A DNA stretch of 64,000 nucleotides, taken from contig CAMBDS010000011.1 in the NCBI GenBank assembly GCA_945865405.1, forward strand, positions 3,333-67,332, in the 5' to 3' direction. The notes beneath the pieces were generated by a model, which was given only the letters and a program-made list of their open reading frames with translations, did not search any database and was not told the DNA's origin. Shown one piece after another: positions 1 through 9,967 of this stretch (positions are counted from its first letter, which is position 1; each line of letters starts with the position of its first letter). A program made the translations under genes and the position numbers. Origin of the DNA: Caldithrix abyssi DSM 13497. GTDB lineage: Bacteria; Electryoneota; AABM5-125-24; Hatepunaeales; Hatepunaeaceae.

Positions 1-119
1 TTTTGACGGCAAATTGAGAGACTTAATCGTGATAGGATCGATGTAATTGTCGCGCTGTGGGAGGAGTTGGTCTGTCCAGTCTGCCCGAGGTAATCCGGTT
101 GCAGCGACTTGGGACTCAT
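1..119 (-). CDS. Possible N-terminus of a gene truncated by the window edge
   Basis: ATG at 119 on the minus strand with AGGA upstream; frame MSPKSLQPDYLGQ... stays open to position 1. No recognisable motif. Confidence 0.25.
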   Translation of the reverse strand, partial: MSPKSLQPDYLGQTGQTNSSHSATITSILSRLSLSICRQ

Positions 120-333
120 CAAGTTTGAAATAAATCCTACCTTCAGAATTTCTCTCAATAGCGATGGAATACTCGACAGCACTCAATGAGATGATCGTCA
201 AAACGAAAAGAGCGCCACACCGCCAAAATTGGCGCAGCAACTCTTTTTTTCTGAAAAGTTCGAATCCAGAATGATTTTTCAAGAGATCCTTCGTGCCGGG
301 AAATTCAAAAATACAGCAATTTCGAAGACAATT

Positions 334-2211
334 TTATCGCTCCGGGTATCGGTGGGTCGCTTCTCCGGATAGTTTAAGAAGATATCCCTTACCCGGCATC
401 AACCTGTCCATGTTGGAAAATCGATTTCGTGGCAGGTAAAATCTTCCGTTATCGTCTTTGACAATGACGAGGGAATCGACAACATCGGCAAATGCTCGTT
501 CGACGCTCATGCGAGCGTCTGGAAAGTAAGCAACGGCCTGCCAACCAGCCCGGAGGGGAATTTCACGATCAAATTCTATCTCTTCACCTTCTATGACAAA
601 TTCAGTATTTTCCGTCAATTGAAGAAGATAACCGCTATTAACATCCCAAAAGGGAATGTTATTAAATCCTCTGTCAGGTGCATAAAACCTCCCCGAAGCA
701 TCCTTCACGAAACGCAATCGATTATTTTCGACTAAAGGCGATACTATTTCAACCAAACTTGGACTTGGTGGAGTTACCCTGAATGAGATCAGATTCCAGC
801 CTTCCCGCAAGGAAAGCTGTTGCTCGACCAACGGTGGACCATCGACGCCGACATACCAGTCAGCTTGAATTCCGGCTTCTGTGATCTCGATATTACGAAC
901 AGCGACGCCGGTTTCTCCTCCAGTGTAACTGATTGACCCGGGGTGACTCTCAAGATCAAAAGTATGATTGTCGCTACTGCCTGGATATGGATCGCCAGTG
1001 TCACCGGGATTTTCGAATTGCTCGAGGTCGTAGTCGTTGTCAGCCTGTTCGAGGGCAATCAGATCGTGTTGATTGCCTTGATTTCCGGGGAAGAACGGGT
1101 GGTCGTTATTAGCCATAGCCTCATCGACATGGTAAATGAGAAGTCCCGCAGCAGGCAACTCACCGTCGAAGCCGGATTTATCCCTGTACTCGGCAAGGAA
1201 ATACTGTGGACCGGGGTTTTCCGGGTTCCAAAGCTTAAAAGCTCGCCCAGATGACTCAGCTGGCGGCAATGTTGCGCGACGATCAAATTCAAGCGACTCT
1301 AACTCAATCCAGCCCAATTTTTCTTTACACCACGAGTCAAACTGCACAGGCCGCCTTCCCCCATCACCCCAAGCACCGTATGACATTACTGACCAGTAAC
1401 CAAGTCCAGCCGACTCGCCACCAGTGTCGTAAAGGTCTGGCAAGCCAAAAAGTGCGTGACCAAGCTCATGTGAGAATACGCCGATATTCCCGTCTTCCGG
1501 GACAATCGTATAACCGTCGAATCGCACTCCATCGAGTTGCCCCAGTGCTTCGACATTCCAAGCGTGAGACCAGATTTGGTTGACGTCATTGGGATTCTGC
1601 TCTGCGCCACCTCCAGCATGGATAATGAAAGGGGCATCAACGATACCGTCGTCATCGTTGTCGAATTGACTAAAATCGGTATCTCCGTCTGCCGCTCGGA
1701 TAGCGTCTTCTGCTAATCTTTGAGCATTCCGGGGGTAGTTCCCCAACCCGTATTGCCGATTGGTGTAATAGGCATAAGTTTGAGGCGCACGGTACCAGCC
1801 GACAACCTCACCGGTGATAACAACCTGTTCGAAAGAGTTTTCAAAATAATAATCTCTCACACTGCCGGTTTGAAACTGATCTTCACTGAAGAGAATATTC
1901 TCGTAGTACTCACGTGAATGAGTCTCGTGATTGCCAAGATTATCGGCAAACTCGATCAAAATCACCGGTAATCTTAGCGTAACCTGATTTTCGTCATCCC
2001 TATGCAACTCATTGTTAGGATTGGCTAACCTAACTCCAGGTCGCTGGTCAAGCCCCCGCCCCAACGCATCATTGCGGACCTGATCGACAAGATCACGCTG
2101 GTCGCGATTCAGTGCGCGCCATGCTTCAGGTTGTGGTGGCATGGCCGTCGCAACGCCAACCAGTAATAGCTGGATCAATGCAATTGTAATTTTCAATTTT
2201 TCTCTTTTCAT
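334..2211 (-). CDS. Secreted M6 family (immune inhibitor A-like) zinc metalloprotease with two C-terminal GWNLIS-type repeats
   Basis: Signal peptide; PVILIEFAD, GSVRDYYFENS, IIHAGGGAE, IWSHAW, HELGHALFGLPDLYD zinc motif, WSVMSYGAW Met-turn, GLLIYHVDE. Confidence 0.9.
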   Translation of the reverse strand: MKREKLKITIALIQLLLVGVATAMPPQPEAWRALNRDQRDLVDQVRNDALGRGLDQRPGVRLANPNNELHRDDENQVTLRLPVILIEFADNLGNHETHSREYYENILFSEDQFQTGSVRDYYFENSFEQVVITGEVVGWYRAPQTYAYYTNRQYGLGNYPRNAQRLAEDAIRAADGDTDFSQFDNDDDGIVDAPFIIHAGGGAEQNPNDVNQIWSHAWNVEALGQLDGVRFDGYTIVPEDGNIGVFSHELGHALFGLPDLYDTGGESAGLGYWSVMSYGAWGDGGRRPVQFDSWCKEKLGWIELESLEFDRRATLPPAESSGRAFKLWNPENPGPQYFLAEYRDKSGFDGELPAAGLLIYHVDEAMANNDHPFFPGNQGNQHDLIALEQADNDYDLEQFENPGDTGDPYPGSSDNHTFDLESHPGSISYTGGETGVAVRNIEITEAGIQADWYVGVDGPPLVEQQLSLREGWNLISFRVTPPSPSLVEIVSPLVENNRLRFVKDASGRFYAPDRGFNNIPFWDVNSGYLLQLTENTEFVIEGEEIEFDREIPLRAGWQAVAYFPDARMSVERAFADVVDSLVIVKDDNGRFYLPRNRFSNMDRLMPGKGYLLKLSGEATHRYPER

Positions 2212-2219
2212 AATGTATA

Positions 2220-2248
2220 AATTTATTCAGAGGAAAGCCCTCTGTCAA
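2220..2248 (-). promoter_or_regulatory. Putative sigma70 promoter of the M6 protease gene, giving a near-leaderless transcript
   Basis: Minus strand TTGACA-17 nt-TAAATT, ending 8 nt before the ATG at 2211; no SD. Confidence 0.45.
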
Positions 2249-2284
2249 GTGCGCTTCATCACCAGCACTCATTTTTTTTACTTG

Positions 2285-2313
2285 GTAGTAAATTAAATTG
2301 TGATGCCTGTCAA
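2285..2313 (-). promoter_or_regulatory. Second putative sigma70 promoter of the M6 protease gene
   Basis: Minus strand TTGACA-17 nt-TACTAC. Confidence 0.35.
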
Positions 2314-2400
2314 ATAATCCATTTAGTAAAACTGATAAATTTGAACTCGTTGAAAGACAGGACACCAATAATCTCCCAACCAAACTCGCTGTCTAAATGA

Positions 2401-2429
2401 TTGACTTTTACCTTAAAGTAAATTATCTT
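2401..2429 (+). promoter_or_regulatory. Putative sigma70 promoter of the capD-ptp-wecB operon
   Basis: TTGACT-17 nt-TATCTT in the AT-rich divergent intergenic region. Confidence 0.5.
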
Positions 2430-2527
2430 TCACCAGCTTTATAATTGGATTCTAATATCCAAGTAGCAGTCAACTCTCGATAATCTCACGAAGTAATAAA
2501 CATTACGTTCCTCTCCGCACAAAATAG

Positions 2528-4483
2528 ATGATTTCCAAGCCAGACCTCTCGACTGAGCAGATTGCGTCCCTCACTCTGCTCTACACAACCAAGACGGCAA
2601 TTCAAGTCACTTTTGACGCCCTCGCTATTGCAGTTACATTCATCGGTGCCCTGCTCCTACGCCTCTCGTTCGATACATGGCTAAATCTATTGCCCGCGTC
2701 CATGACCTATCTCCCTATAACAGTTGTTGTTGGGATTGTAGTGTTCTGGTCAGTTGGGTTTTATCGCACCCTGTGGCGGTATGCAAGCGTTGACGCTGTT
2801 TGGCTTATTACAGGCGCTTCTTTTGCTGCGGTTGCAATTTCAGCATTGGTCATAAACCTTTTCGAACCCAACGTCTTTCCCTGGTCGATCTACATTATCG
2901 AGTGGATGGGACTTGCCCTGATCGTCGGCGGTGGTAGAATGACAATACGCTATGTCCGACGCCGTCCTGTTATGAATAAAAACCCCGAAAAAAAGCGAAT
3001 TCTGATTTACGGTGCCGGTGATGCTGGTGAGATGATTTCCAGAGACATCATGCACAATAAAGGGAGCGAGCTTTGGCCTGTCGGTTTTATTGATGACGAT
3101 CCTTTGAAGCACCGAAAATCGATGCATGGACTCCCGATATTTGGTGGAGTAGAGGTCGCAGGACAAGTTGTGCGAGAGAGTAAGGTTGACGAAATCGTCA
3201 TCGCCATGCCCTCCATGACTGGTCCACAAACACGACAGATACTTCACAGTTTGCACGAGCAGATCACTGAAAAAATCGAGATCAGAACGTTGCCGCCTAT
3301 TGCGGAACTTGTCAGTGGAAATGTATCGTTCAAGCAGATCAGAGACTTCGATGTAGTTGACTTGTTGAGGCGTGACCCGATCGAGCTTGACAGCAAACGA
3401 GTGGAGCGGATTCTTAAAGGAAAATGTGTATTAGTCAGCGGTGCTGGGGGGTCGATTGGAAGCGAAATTTGCCATCAGGTCGCTGAGGGCAAACCATCGA
3501 AGATGATCCTGTTCGATATCAGCGAGCCAAACTTATACACTATCTGTGAAAGAATTTCGGCAGACTTCCCCGACTTGCAACTTGTCCCGGTCGTAGGAGA
3601 TATTTCACATCGCTGGCTGGTTGACCGCGTGTTTAATGAGCACCATCCCAAGGTCGTCTTCCACGCTGCCGCCTATAAACATGTCCCTCTGATGGAGGAC
3701 AATCCTCTCTCGGCACTTTCTAATAACGTGATCGGCACAAGGGTGCTGGCGGCAGTATCATCGGAACATCGCGTCGAGCGCTTTGTGATGATCTCAACCG
3801 ATAAAGCTGTTCGCCCGACCAACATGATGGGAGCAACAAAGCGTCTCTGCGAAATGTTGGTCGAGTCGCAACCGCACCAGCCGGGAAGCGTCTATTGCGC
3901 AGTCAGGTTCGGTAACGTGATGGGCAGTTCAGGGTCAGTTATCCCGAAGTTTGAGAAACAGATACTTGCCGGTGGGCCGGTTACGGTTACGCATCCAGAT
4001 ATCACGCGCTACTTTATGCTGACATCAGAAGCGGTGCAGCTCGTCTTGCAGGCGGCGTCACTTGAAGGCGAGTATGCAACCTATTTCCTCGACATGGGCG
4101 AGCCGGTGAAAATCGCCGAGTTAGCACGGGACATGATCTCGTTGCACGGATTCACGCCGGACAAGGATATCGAAATTGTCTATACCGAACTGCGCCCCGG
4201 TGAGAAATTGTATGAAGAACTTTGCCACACAGGCGACGGAATTCCGACTAACATCAATAAGATCTGGATTGCCGATACGCCGTCGTTTAGCCGCGAGAAG
4301 TTCCTGCGAGAACTTGACGAACTGCTTGAGTCGTGCTACAGCCTGGACCGTAGAAACCTCTACTTAGGAGTAGCCCGACTTGTGCCAGATTTTCAACCGG
4401 CACTCAACTCACTCGAACAAAATGCGTTACAGATTGGTGGACAGTCTGACCGCCGGGTAACCATAACGCAACCACGCAAATAA
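2528..4483 (+). CDS. Membrane nucleoside-diphosphate sugar 4,6-dehydratase (CapD/PglF/WbpM family)
   Basis: N-terminal TM helices, IYGAGDAG, GAGGSIGSE, FHAAAYKHVP, STDKAVRP, RFGNVMGSSGSVIP. Confidence 0.93.
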   Translation: MISKPDLSTEQIASLTLLYTTKTAIQVTFDALAIAVTFIGALLLRLSFDTWLNLLPASMTYLPITVVVGIVVFWSVGFYRTLWRYASVDAVWLITGASFAAVAISALVINLFEPNVFPWSIYIIEWMGLALIVGGGRMTIRYVRRRPVMNKNPEKKRILIYGAGDAGEMISRDIMHNKGSELWPVGFIDDDPLKHRKSMHGLPIFGGVEVAGQVVRESKVDEIVIAMPSMTGPQTRQILHSLHEQITEKIEIRTLPPIAELVSGNVSFKQIRDFDVVDLLRRDPIELDSKRVERILKGKCVLVSGAGGSIGSEICHQVAEGKPSKMILFDISEPNLYTICERISADFPDLQLVPVVGDISHRWLVDRVFNEHHPKVVFHAAAYKHVPLMEDNPLSALSNNVIGTRVLAAVSSEHRVERFVMISTDKAVRPTNMMGATKRLCEMLVESQPHQPGSVYCAVRFGNVMGSSGSVIPKFEKQILAGGPVTVTHPDITRYFMLTSEAVQLVLQAASLEGEYATYFLDMGEPVKIAELARDMISLHGFTPDKDIEIVYTELRPGEKLYEELCHTGDGIPTNINKIWIADTPSFSREKFLRELDELLESCYSLDRRNLYLGVARLVPDFQPALNSLEQNALQIGGQSDRRVTITQPRK

Positions 4484-4506
4484 CCTGAATCGATAAATAA
4501 CCGACC

Positions 4507-5049
4507 GTGTTTTTTTTTCACCCCAAACCGCCTCCCCTTCGAAGCATCCTATTCGTCTGTACTGCCAACATCACTCGAAGCCCGGCCGCTGCCGGACTTT
4601 TTCGTCATTTAGCCACCATGTCAGGTGAGGATTGGGTAGTTGCATCAGCGGGGGTACGGGCAGTAAAGGGCGCTCTACCACTTCCCGCTGTCGAACGAGC
4701 CCTCGCTACACGAAAAATCTCGATCGGGTCTCATCGGTCACAACCGGTGACTAAGAAACTTATTACTAAATATCATTGGATCATGGTTATGGAGGGATAT
4801 CACCGCGATTCGATTATAAAACTTGATCCAACATTTGCTGACAAGACCTTCATTATTAGAAACTTTGGATTATCTACTCCGCTCGATTCGCCCGACTTTC
4901 CAGACCCAACATTCAGCAATAAAAAGGGCGAAGAGGCATTGGATGATTACTTTGAGTTCTTGAAATTACTTGAGATAGAGATTCCAAGAGTGTTCGAATT
5001 ACTTCGCGAGAGAGTGGTAAATTATGAGATGGGGCCGGAGAGCGAGTGA
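4507..5049 (+). CDS. Low-molecular-weight protein phosphatase family protein (Wzb/LMW-PTP-like)
   Basis: ILFVCTANITRS P-loop (CX5R), SAGV, HRSQPV, FPDP acid loop. Confidence 0.85.
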   Translation: MFFFHPKPPPLRSILFVCTANITRSPAAAGLFRHLATMSGEDWVVASAGVRAVKGALPLPAVERALATRKISIGSHRSQPVTKKLITKYHWIMVMEGYHRDSIIKLDPTFADKTFIIRNFGLSTPLDSPDFPDPTFSNKKGEEALDDYFEFLKLLEIEIPRVFELLRERVVNYEMGPESE

Positions 5050-6113
5050 AGAAAATCCTAACTGTACTTGGCGCTCGCCCGCAATTTATCAAGCATTGTC
5101 CCACCGGCAAAGCTATCCGTGACTGCGGAATGGAAGATATAGTCGTGCATACAGGTCAACATTACGACTATGAGATGTCGAAGCTCTTTTTCGACGAACT
5201 GCAGATCCCCGTACCAAACGTCAATCTTGGTATCGGATCCGGCTCGCAAGCCAATCAGACGGCTGCGATCATAATTGCATTGGAAGAGAGCATGATCGAA
5301 ATGAAGCCCGATTTGGTGCTTGTTCATGGCGATACAAACTCGACGCTTTCCGGCGCGCTTACGGCGGCAAAGCTTGGCATTCCCGTGGCGCACAATGAAG
5401 CCGGGATGAGGTCGTTTAATCGGTCGATGCCTGAAGAAATCAATCGAATCCTTACAGATCACTGTTCAACGCTACTCTTCTGTCCGACGCAACCATCCGC
5501 CGATCAGCTTTTAAGCGAAGGCATAAGAGATGGTGTCCTTGTCATTGGCGATGTTCAGTACGACCTCGCAAGAATCCACCGCGACAAGGCCTTGGCAAAT
5601 TCTAAAATTCTTCAAGAGCATTCACTCTTGGAGCGACACTATGTTCTGGTTACCCTACACAGACCCTATACGGTCGATGATCCGAAACGACTTGCTCAAC
5701 TCTTCAATGCATTCTCAGCTCTCGATGAGCAGATCGTGCTCCCACTGCATCCCCGAACCAAGGCACGACTTCATGAATTCAATCTGACGGTTCCAGAGAA
5801 CATTCTGATCATCCCCCCCGTCGGTTATCTCGACATGATGATGCTGGAGATGTCGGCGAGAATGATAATGACAGACAGTGGTGGGGTGCAGAAAGAGTCA
5901 TATTTTCACGGCATACCGTGTCTTACTCTTCGACCCGAAACTGAGTGGATAGAGACAGTTCAGGCGGGTTGGAACAGAGTGGTCGATACGGATGAGGCAA
6001 AGATATTGGATTCAGCACGGACGGAATGGTGGCGTGAGGATCGACCTTTGGTGTTTGGGGATGGGCATGCTGCAGAAAAGCTTGCCTTCGTAGTGAAAGA
6101 CTATCTGGGATAA
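5046..6113 (+). CDS. wecB: UDP-N-acetylglucosamine 2-epimerase (non-hydrolysing)
   Basis: GARPQFIK, HTGQHYD, VHGDTNST, EAGMRS, TDSGGVQKE, ETEW. Confidence 0.93.
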   Translation: MKKILTVLGARPQFIKHCPTGKAIRDCGMEDIVVHTGQHYDYEMSKLFFDELQIPVPNVNLGIGSGSQANQTAAIIIALEESMIEMKPDLVLVHGDTNSTLSGALTAAKLGIPVAHNEAGMRSFNRSMPEEINRILTDHCSTLLFCPTQPSADQLLSEGIRDGVLVIGDVQYDLARIHRDKALANSKILQEHSLLERHYVLVTLHRPYTVDDPKRLAQLFNAFSALDEQIVLPLHPRTKARLHEFNLTVPENILIIPPVGYLDMMMLEMSARMIMTDSGGVQKESYFHGIPCLTLRPETEWIETVQAGWNRVVDTDEAKILDSARTEWWREDRPLVFGDGHAAEKLAFVVKDYLG

Positions 6114-6133
6114 GGTCGAACTGTAGATCTCTT

Positions 6134-6171
6134 AATGAGCAAAGCTCGTCGGATGACGGGCTTTGCTCATT
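6134..6171. terminator. Hairpin between convergent wecB and pntB, likely a bidirectional terminator
   Basis: AATGAGCAAAGCTCGTC-GGAT-GACGGGCTTTGCTCATT, 17-bp stem with one G-U. Confidence 0.7.
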
Positions 6172-6193
6172 GTGACCTATAGCGAACGAAACT

Positions 6194-7654
6194 TTACGCC
6201 GCTTTGACAGCAGCAATAATCTCCATGATAGCTTTTTTGCCATCCGCAAAGAAGAGGACGGAGTTTGGTGCGACGAAAAGTGGGTTGGCAATACCTGCAA
6301 AACCTGGTGAAAGGCTTCGCTTGATGACGATGACATTGCGAGCCTTGTCAGCGTCGATAATCGGCATTCCGGCGATGGGGCTGTTTGGGTCTGTGCGGGC
6401 AATCGGATTGACTGTATCGTTGGCACCAATCACAACAGCGACGTCAACCTGAGGCATTGTCGGGTTGATGTCGTCCATTTCCACCATCTCATCGTACGGC
6501 ACGCTTGCTTCGGCAAGCAATACGTTCATGTGACCCGGCATACGACCTGCAACGGGATGGATGGCGTATTCGACGGTTGTCCCTTTCGCTTGCAACAGGT
6601 TTGCCAGATCACGCACCGCAAACTGAGCCTGTGCTACTGCCATACCGTAACCGGGAATGAAGACCACCCGTTGCGCACCTTCGAACATCATGGCGACGTC
6701 CTCAGCACTAACAGACTTGACTTTACCGCCGTAGATGTCATCAGCCTTGCCCGAATCCGTTGTCGCGCCAAAAGCTCCGAACAGAACGTTCGTAAAGGAG
6801 CGGTTCATCGCTTTGCACATAATGATCGAGAGGATCAATCCGGACGCACCATCCAAAGCACCAGCAACGATCAGGAGTTTGTTGTTAAGGACAAATCCCA
6901 TCAACGACGCCGAAAGACCTGCATAGGAGTTCAGCAACGCTATCACCGTAGGCATGTCGGCTCCACCAATCGGGAGGATTAGCAACACACCGAAGAGAAG
7001 ACTTAACGTGATAAAGATCGGGAACATCCACATGGCGCTCGGATCGATAATCAGGTAGATTCCAGCGACCACAGCCAAACCGAGAATCGTGAAGTTGATG
7101 AAGTTCTGGCCCTTATGGACCATTGGCTGGCTTGGAAGGATTTCCTGAAGCTTCCCGAACGCCATCAAACTACCGGTAAAAGTGAGGAAACCGAGTAGCA
7201 TTTCGAAAATCAACGCTATCATGTCGAAGGTTGTGATTTCAGGCGTGATCAGGAAATGCGCAGTTCCAACCAAAGCCGCCGCCAACGCGCCAAAGGCGTG
7301 TGACAACGCTGTTCGTTGCGGCACAGCAGTCATCGGCATGAAAACGGCAAGCGGAACACCGATAGCGGCACCAATTCCAAACGCGATGAAGATCCAGGTG
7401 TAGTTGACAATCTCAAAACTGACCAGTGTACCGACAATTGCCAGCAACATACCGAGTTCGCCAACCATCACGCCACGGCGCGCTGTTTTAGGATGGCTGA
7501 GCCATTTCAATGCCAAAATGAAGGCTATAGCAGCGACAATATAAGTGTAGTTGACGAACCACTGTTGCTCGCCTCCCTCGCCATGGGACGCCAAAGCAGT
7601 CCCGGCTGAGGCAAGTAGCGCAGCTATTCCAAAAAAGAGAACTCGACTCATCAA
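6194..7654 (-). CDS. pntB: NAD(P) transhydrogenase subunit beta
   Basis: Multi-TM N-terminus, IGGADMPTVIALLNSY, PGYGMAVAQAQ, IHPVAGRMPGHMNVLLAEA, GANDTVNP. Confidence 0.97.
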   Translation of the reverse strand: MMSRVLFFGIAALLASAGTALASHGEGGEQQWFVNYTYIVAAIAFILALKWLSHPKTARRGVMVGELGMLLAIVGTLVSFEIVNYTWIFIAFGIGAAIGVPLAVFMPMTAVPQRTALSHAFGALAAALVGTAHFLITPEITTFDMIALIFEMLLGFLTFTGSLMAFGKLQEILPSQPMVHKGQNFINFTILGLAVVAGIYLIIDPSAMWMFPIFITLSLLFGVLLILPIGGADMPTVIALLNSYAGLSASLMGFVLNNKLLIVAGALDGASGLILSIIMCKAMNRSFTNVLFGAFGATTDSGKADDIYGGKVKSVSAEDVAMMFEGAQRVVFIPGYGMAVAQAQFAVRDLANLLQAKGTTVEYAIHPVAGRMPGHMNVLLAEASVPYDEMVEMDDINPTMPQVDVAVVIGANDTVNPIARTDPNSPIAGMPIIDADKARNVIVIKRSLSPGFAGIANPLFVAPNSVLFFADGKKAIMEIIAAVKAA

Positions 7655-7974
7655 TGTCCTCCTTTGGAATCGGTCTTGTTTGACTTCGGTTCGGGCTTGA
7701 ACATTTTCAACATACGATCAGTGATCATGAACCCGCCAACGACGTTCGAAAATGCAGCAGCAACTGCTATTATACCAAGTATTTTGGCAACATTCGCGTA
7801 CTGACTTCCGGCCGGATAATCCTGACCGGCGATGATTATGGCCCCTACGACGGAAATAGCTGAAATCGCGTTGGTTAGCGACATCAGAGGTGTGTGCAGC
7901 AGATGCGATACCCGCCGGATCACTTCGATTCCAAGGAAAGTTGCCATTACGAATACGAAGATATTTACATCCAT
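7651..7974 (-). CDS. pntA: NAD(P) transhydrogenase subunit alpha, part 2 (membrane)
   Basis: LHTPLMSLTNAIS, NVVGGFMITDRMLKMF. Confidence 0.95.
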   Translation of the reverse strand: MDVNIFVFVMATFLGIEVIRRVSHLLHTPLMSLTNAISAISVVGAIIIAGQDYPAGSQYANVAKILGIIAVAAAFSNVVGGFMITDRMLKMFKPEPKSNKTDSKGGH

Positions 7975-7997
7975 TGTCTATTGATCTCCGGTGTTAT

Positions 7998-9167
7998 TCA
8001 ATTTGCTGATTGTGGGCTGCTTTTGCCGAGCAGTTCTTTGATGCGGGGATTCGTCACTTCGCCACCCGTTGCAACCAAAGTCTCGCGGACGATCTCATCT
8101 TCCATATTGATTTGCAAAGCCCCTGCTTTGTCAACGATCAATTTAATGAAGTTTGTGACGTTCTTAGAGTACATCTGGCTTGCGTGATATGGAGCGGTAG
8201 CAGGAAGGTTGGTCGGGCCGAGTATGGTAACGTTATGGACATGCACAATTTCGTCGGCTTTTGTTAGCTCGCAGTTTCCACCGCGTTCAGCTGCAAGATC
8301 AACTATGACCGATCCAGGGGCCATGTGCTTGACCATATCGGTGGTTACGAGCACTGGTGATTTCCTGCCAGGGATGGCAGCCGTAGTGATAACAACGTCG
8401 GACTCTGAGACGACCTTCGCCATCAACTCACGCTGGCGACGGTAGAATTCCTCGCCCATTTCTTTGGCATAGCCGCCGGTACCTTCAGCAGTCTCCAGCT
8501 CCATTTCTACAAACTTTGCACCGAGCGATTCGACCTGTTCCTTGACCGCCGGGCGGACATCGTAGCCCTTAACAACAGCACCTAATCGTCGTGCGGTTGC
8601 GATTGCCTGAAGTCCGGCAACGCCAGCTCCGATGACGAAGACTTTGGCTGGCGAAACAGTTCCAGCGGCTGTCATAAACATCGGGAACATTCGTGCGCAA
8701 TGGGATGCTGCGAGAAGAACTGCTTTGTAGCCTGCAACGGTTGCCATCGAAGAGAGGATGTCCATCGCCTGCCCGCGGGTGATGCGAGGGATCAGCTCTA
8801 GTGCCATCAGCGTTGCACCAGTTGTGGCGATCTGCTGTGTCGCGCCAGGTTCACCAAGCGGATCAGCTGAGCCGATTACAACCTGCCCGGCATGATAATG
8901 TGCCAGATCGCTTTTGCCGGCTTCGGCATTGGCTCCAAGGGTTCTAACGTATAATAAGATATCAGCACTTTTCAGTACTTCGGATCGGGAGGCAGCGATC
9001 TTTGCTCCTTTCGATTTGTAAGAATCGTCAATATGCCCGGCACGAACTCCGGCATCTGGCTCGACGACAACTTCCAAACCCATTTTGGCAAGAAGAGCCA
9101 CCCCATCGGGAATGAGAGCTACTCTCGATTCACCTGGAAAAGTCTCTTTCAAGACCCCAACTACCAT
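7998..9167 (-). CDS. pntA: NAD(P) transhydrogenase subunit alpha, part 1 (soluble dI)
   Basis: GESRVALIP, RITRGQAMDILSS, GAGVAGLQA, EGTGGYAKEM, VDLAAERGGNC; SD GGAG upstream. Confidence 0.96.
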   Translation of the reverse strand: MVVGVLKETFPGESRVALIPDGVALLAKMGLEVVVEPDAGVRAGHIDDSYKSKGAKIAASRSEVLKSADILLYVRTLGANAEAGKSDLAHYHAGQVVIGSADPLGEPGATQQIATTGATLMALELIPRITRGQAMDILSSMATVAGYKAVLLAASHCARMFPMFMTAAGTVSPAKVFVIGAGVAGLQAIATARRLGAVVKGYDVRPAVKEQVESLGAKFVEMELETAEGTGGYAKEMGEEFYRRQRELMAKVVSESDVVITTAAIPGRKSPVLVTTDMVKHMAPGSVIVDLAAERGGNCELTKADEIVHVHNVTILGPTNLPATAPYHASQMYSKNVTNFIKLIVDKAGALQINMEDEIVRETLVATGGEVTNPRIKELLGKSSPQSAN

Positions 9168-9385
9168 AGATTACTCCATAATAAAAAAACGCTTTTCGCG
9201 TCTGGTTATAATACGCAAAGTGTAAAATGCTATATGAGCCAATTCACACACGAATTTAATAAACTATTTGGAAAGGAAACATATTACAAGCTAAAAGAGA
9301 TGATATTTAGAATAAAAAGGTTGAGAATTATCTATTCTCCAATTCAACGTAAAAGTTGTATCAACAGTATTTCCATTTTAAACGC

Positions 9386-9414
9386 AAAAAGCCCGCCAAA
9401 AATCTGACGGGCTT
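9386..9414 (-). terminator. Rho-independent terminator after the DUF2231-like gene
   Basis: Stem AAGCCCGCCA...TGACGGGCTT with a U-tract on the minus strand. Confidence 0.6.
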
Positions 9415-9458
9415 ACGAAAGACGACCACTCTTATCGTCTAACCAGGAAAGTTGCTCA

Positions 9459-9932
9459 TTATAAACCAATCTCTTCGGGGGGCCGAATCTCGGGGTGATG
9501 AATCTCGCCGCCCTTCAAAGCGGCATACCCGGCCATCGAAGAACCTATGAATGCCCCGACAAGCAGAATCGCAATCAAGTAGATTGGCTTAAACTTCTCT
9601 GGGCGTTTCATTCTGAAATAAAGGGCGGCAAGGGCTATTAACGCGATAATGTTTAACGCAAGAGAGGTCGTTTTAGCGCGCTCTTCGTGCTCGGAAAGTG
9701 CCCGCATCGATATGCCAGGCTCACCTTCGACAGCTTCTTCAGCCCTTTCACCCGTTTGCACAGCGATGAATCCACCAATTGCGCCAAAGACCAGCAACAA
9801 GACAGCACCGATGAAAATCGCCTTTTCGTCCCGTTTCCAAAGAGCGAGAAGCAGTAACGGCATGGCAAGCACCGGTGCGAAAATCGGCAGGTGGTTTATC
9901 ATCAGATGTAGGTGGGCAGCATTCCAGACCAA
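9459..9932 (-). CDS. DUF2231-like membrane protein
   Basis: Four TM segments, HLMINHLPI, TGERAEE, HEERA, C-terminal GGEIHHPEIR. Confidence 0.7.
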   Translation of the reverse strand: MVWNAAHLHLMINHLPIFAPVLAMPLLLLALWKRDEKAIFIGAVLLLVFGAIGGFIAVQTGERAEEAVEGEPGISMRALSEHEERAKTTSLALNIIALIALAALYFRMKRPEKFKPIYLIAILLVGAFIGSSMAGYAALKGGEIHHPEIRPPEEIGL

Positions 9933-9967
9933 TTTATCTCCAAATTCAGTTACTTAGCGATGGAAGG

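Noticed and set aside
6194-9167. Three-gene transhydrogenase with a split alpha subunit
   Set aside because: This is a well-known arrangement (Rhodospirillum rubrum/Thermus type).
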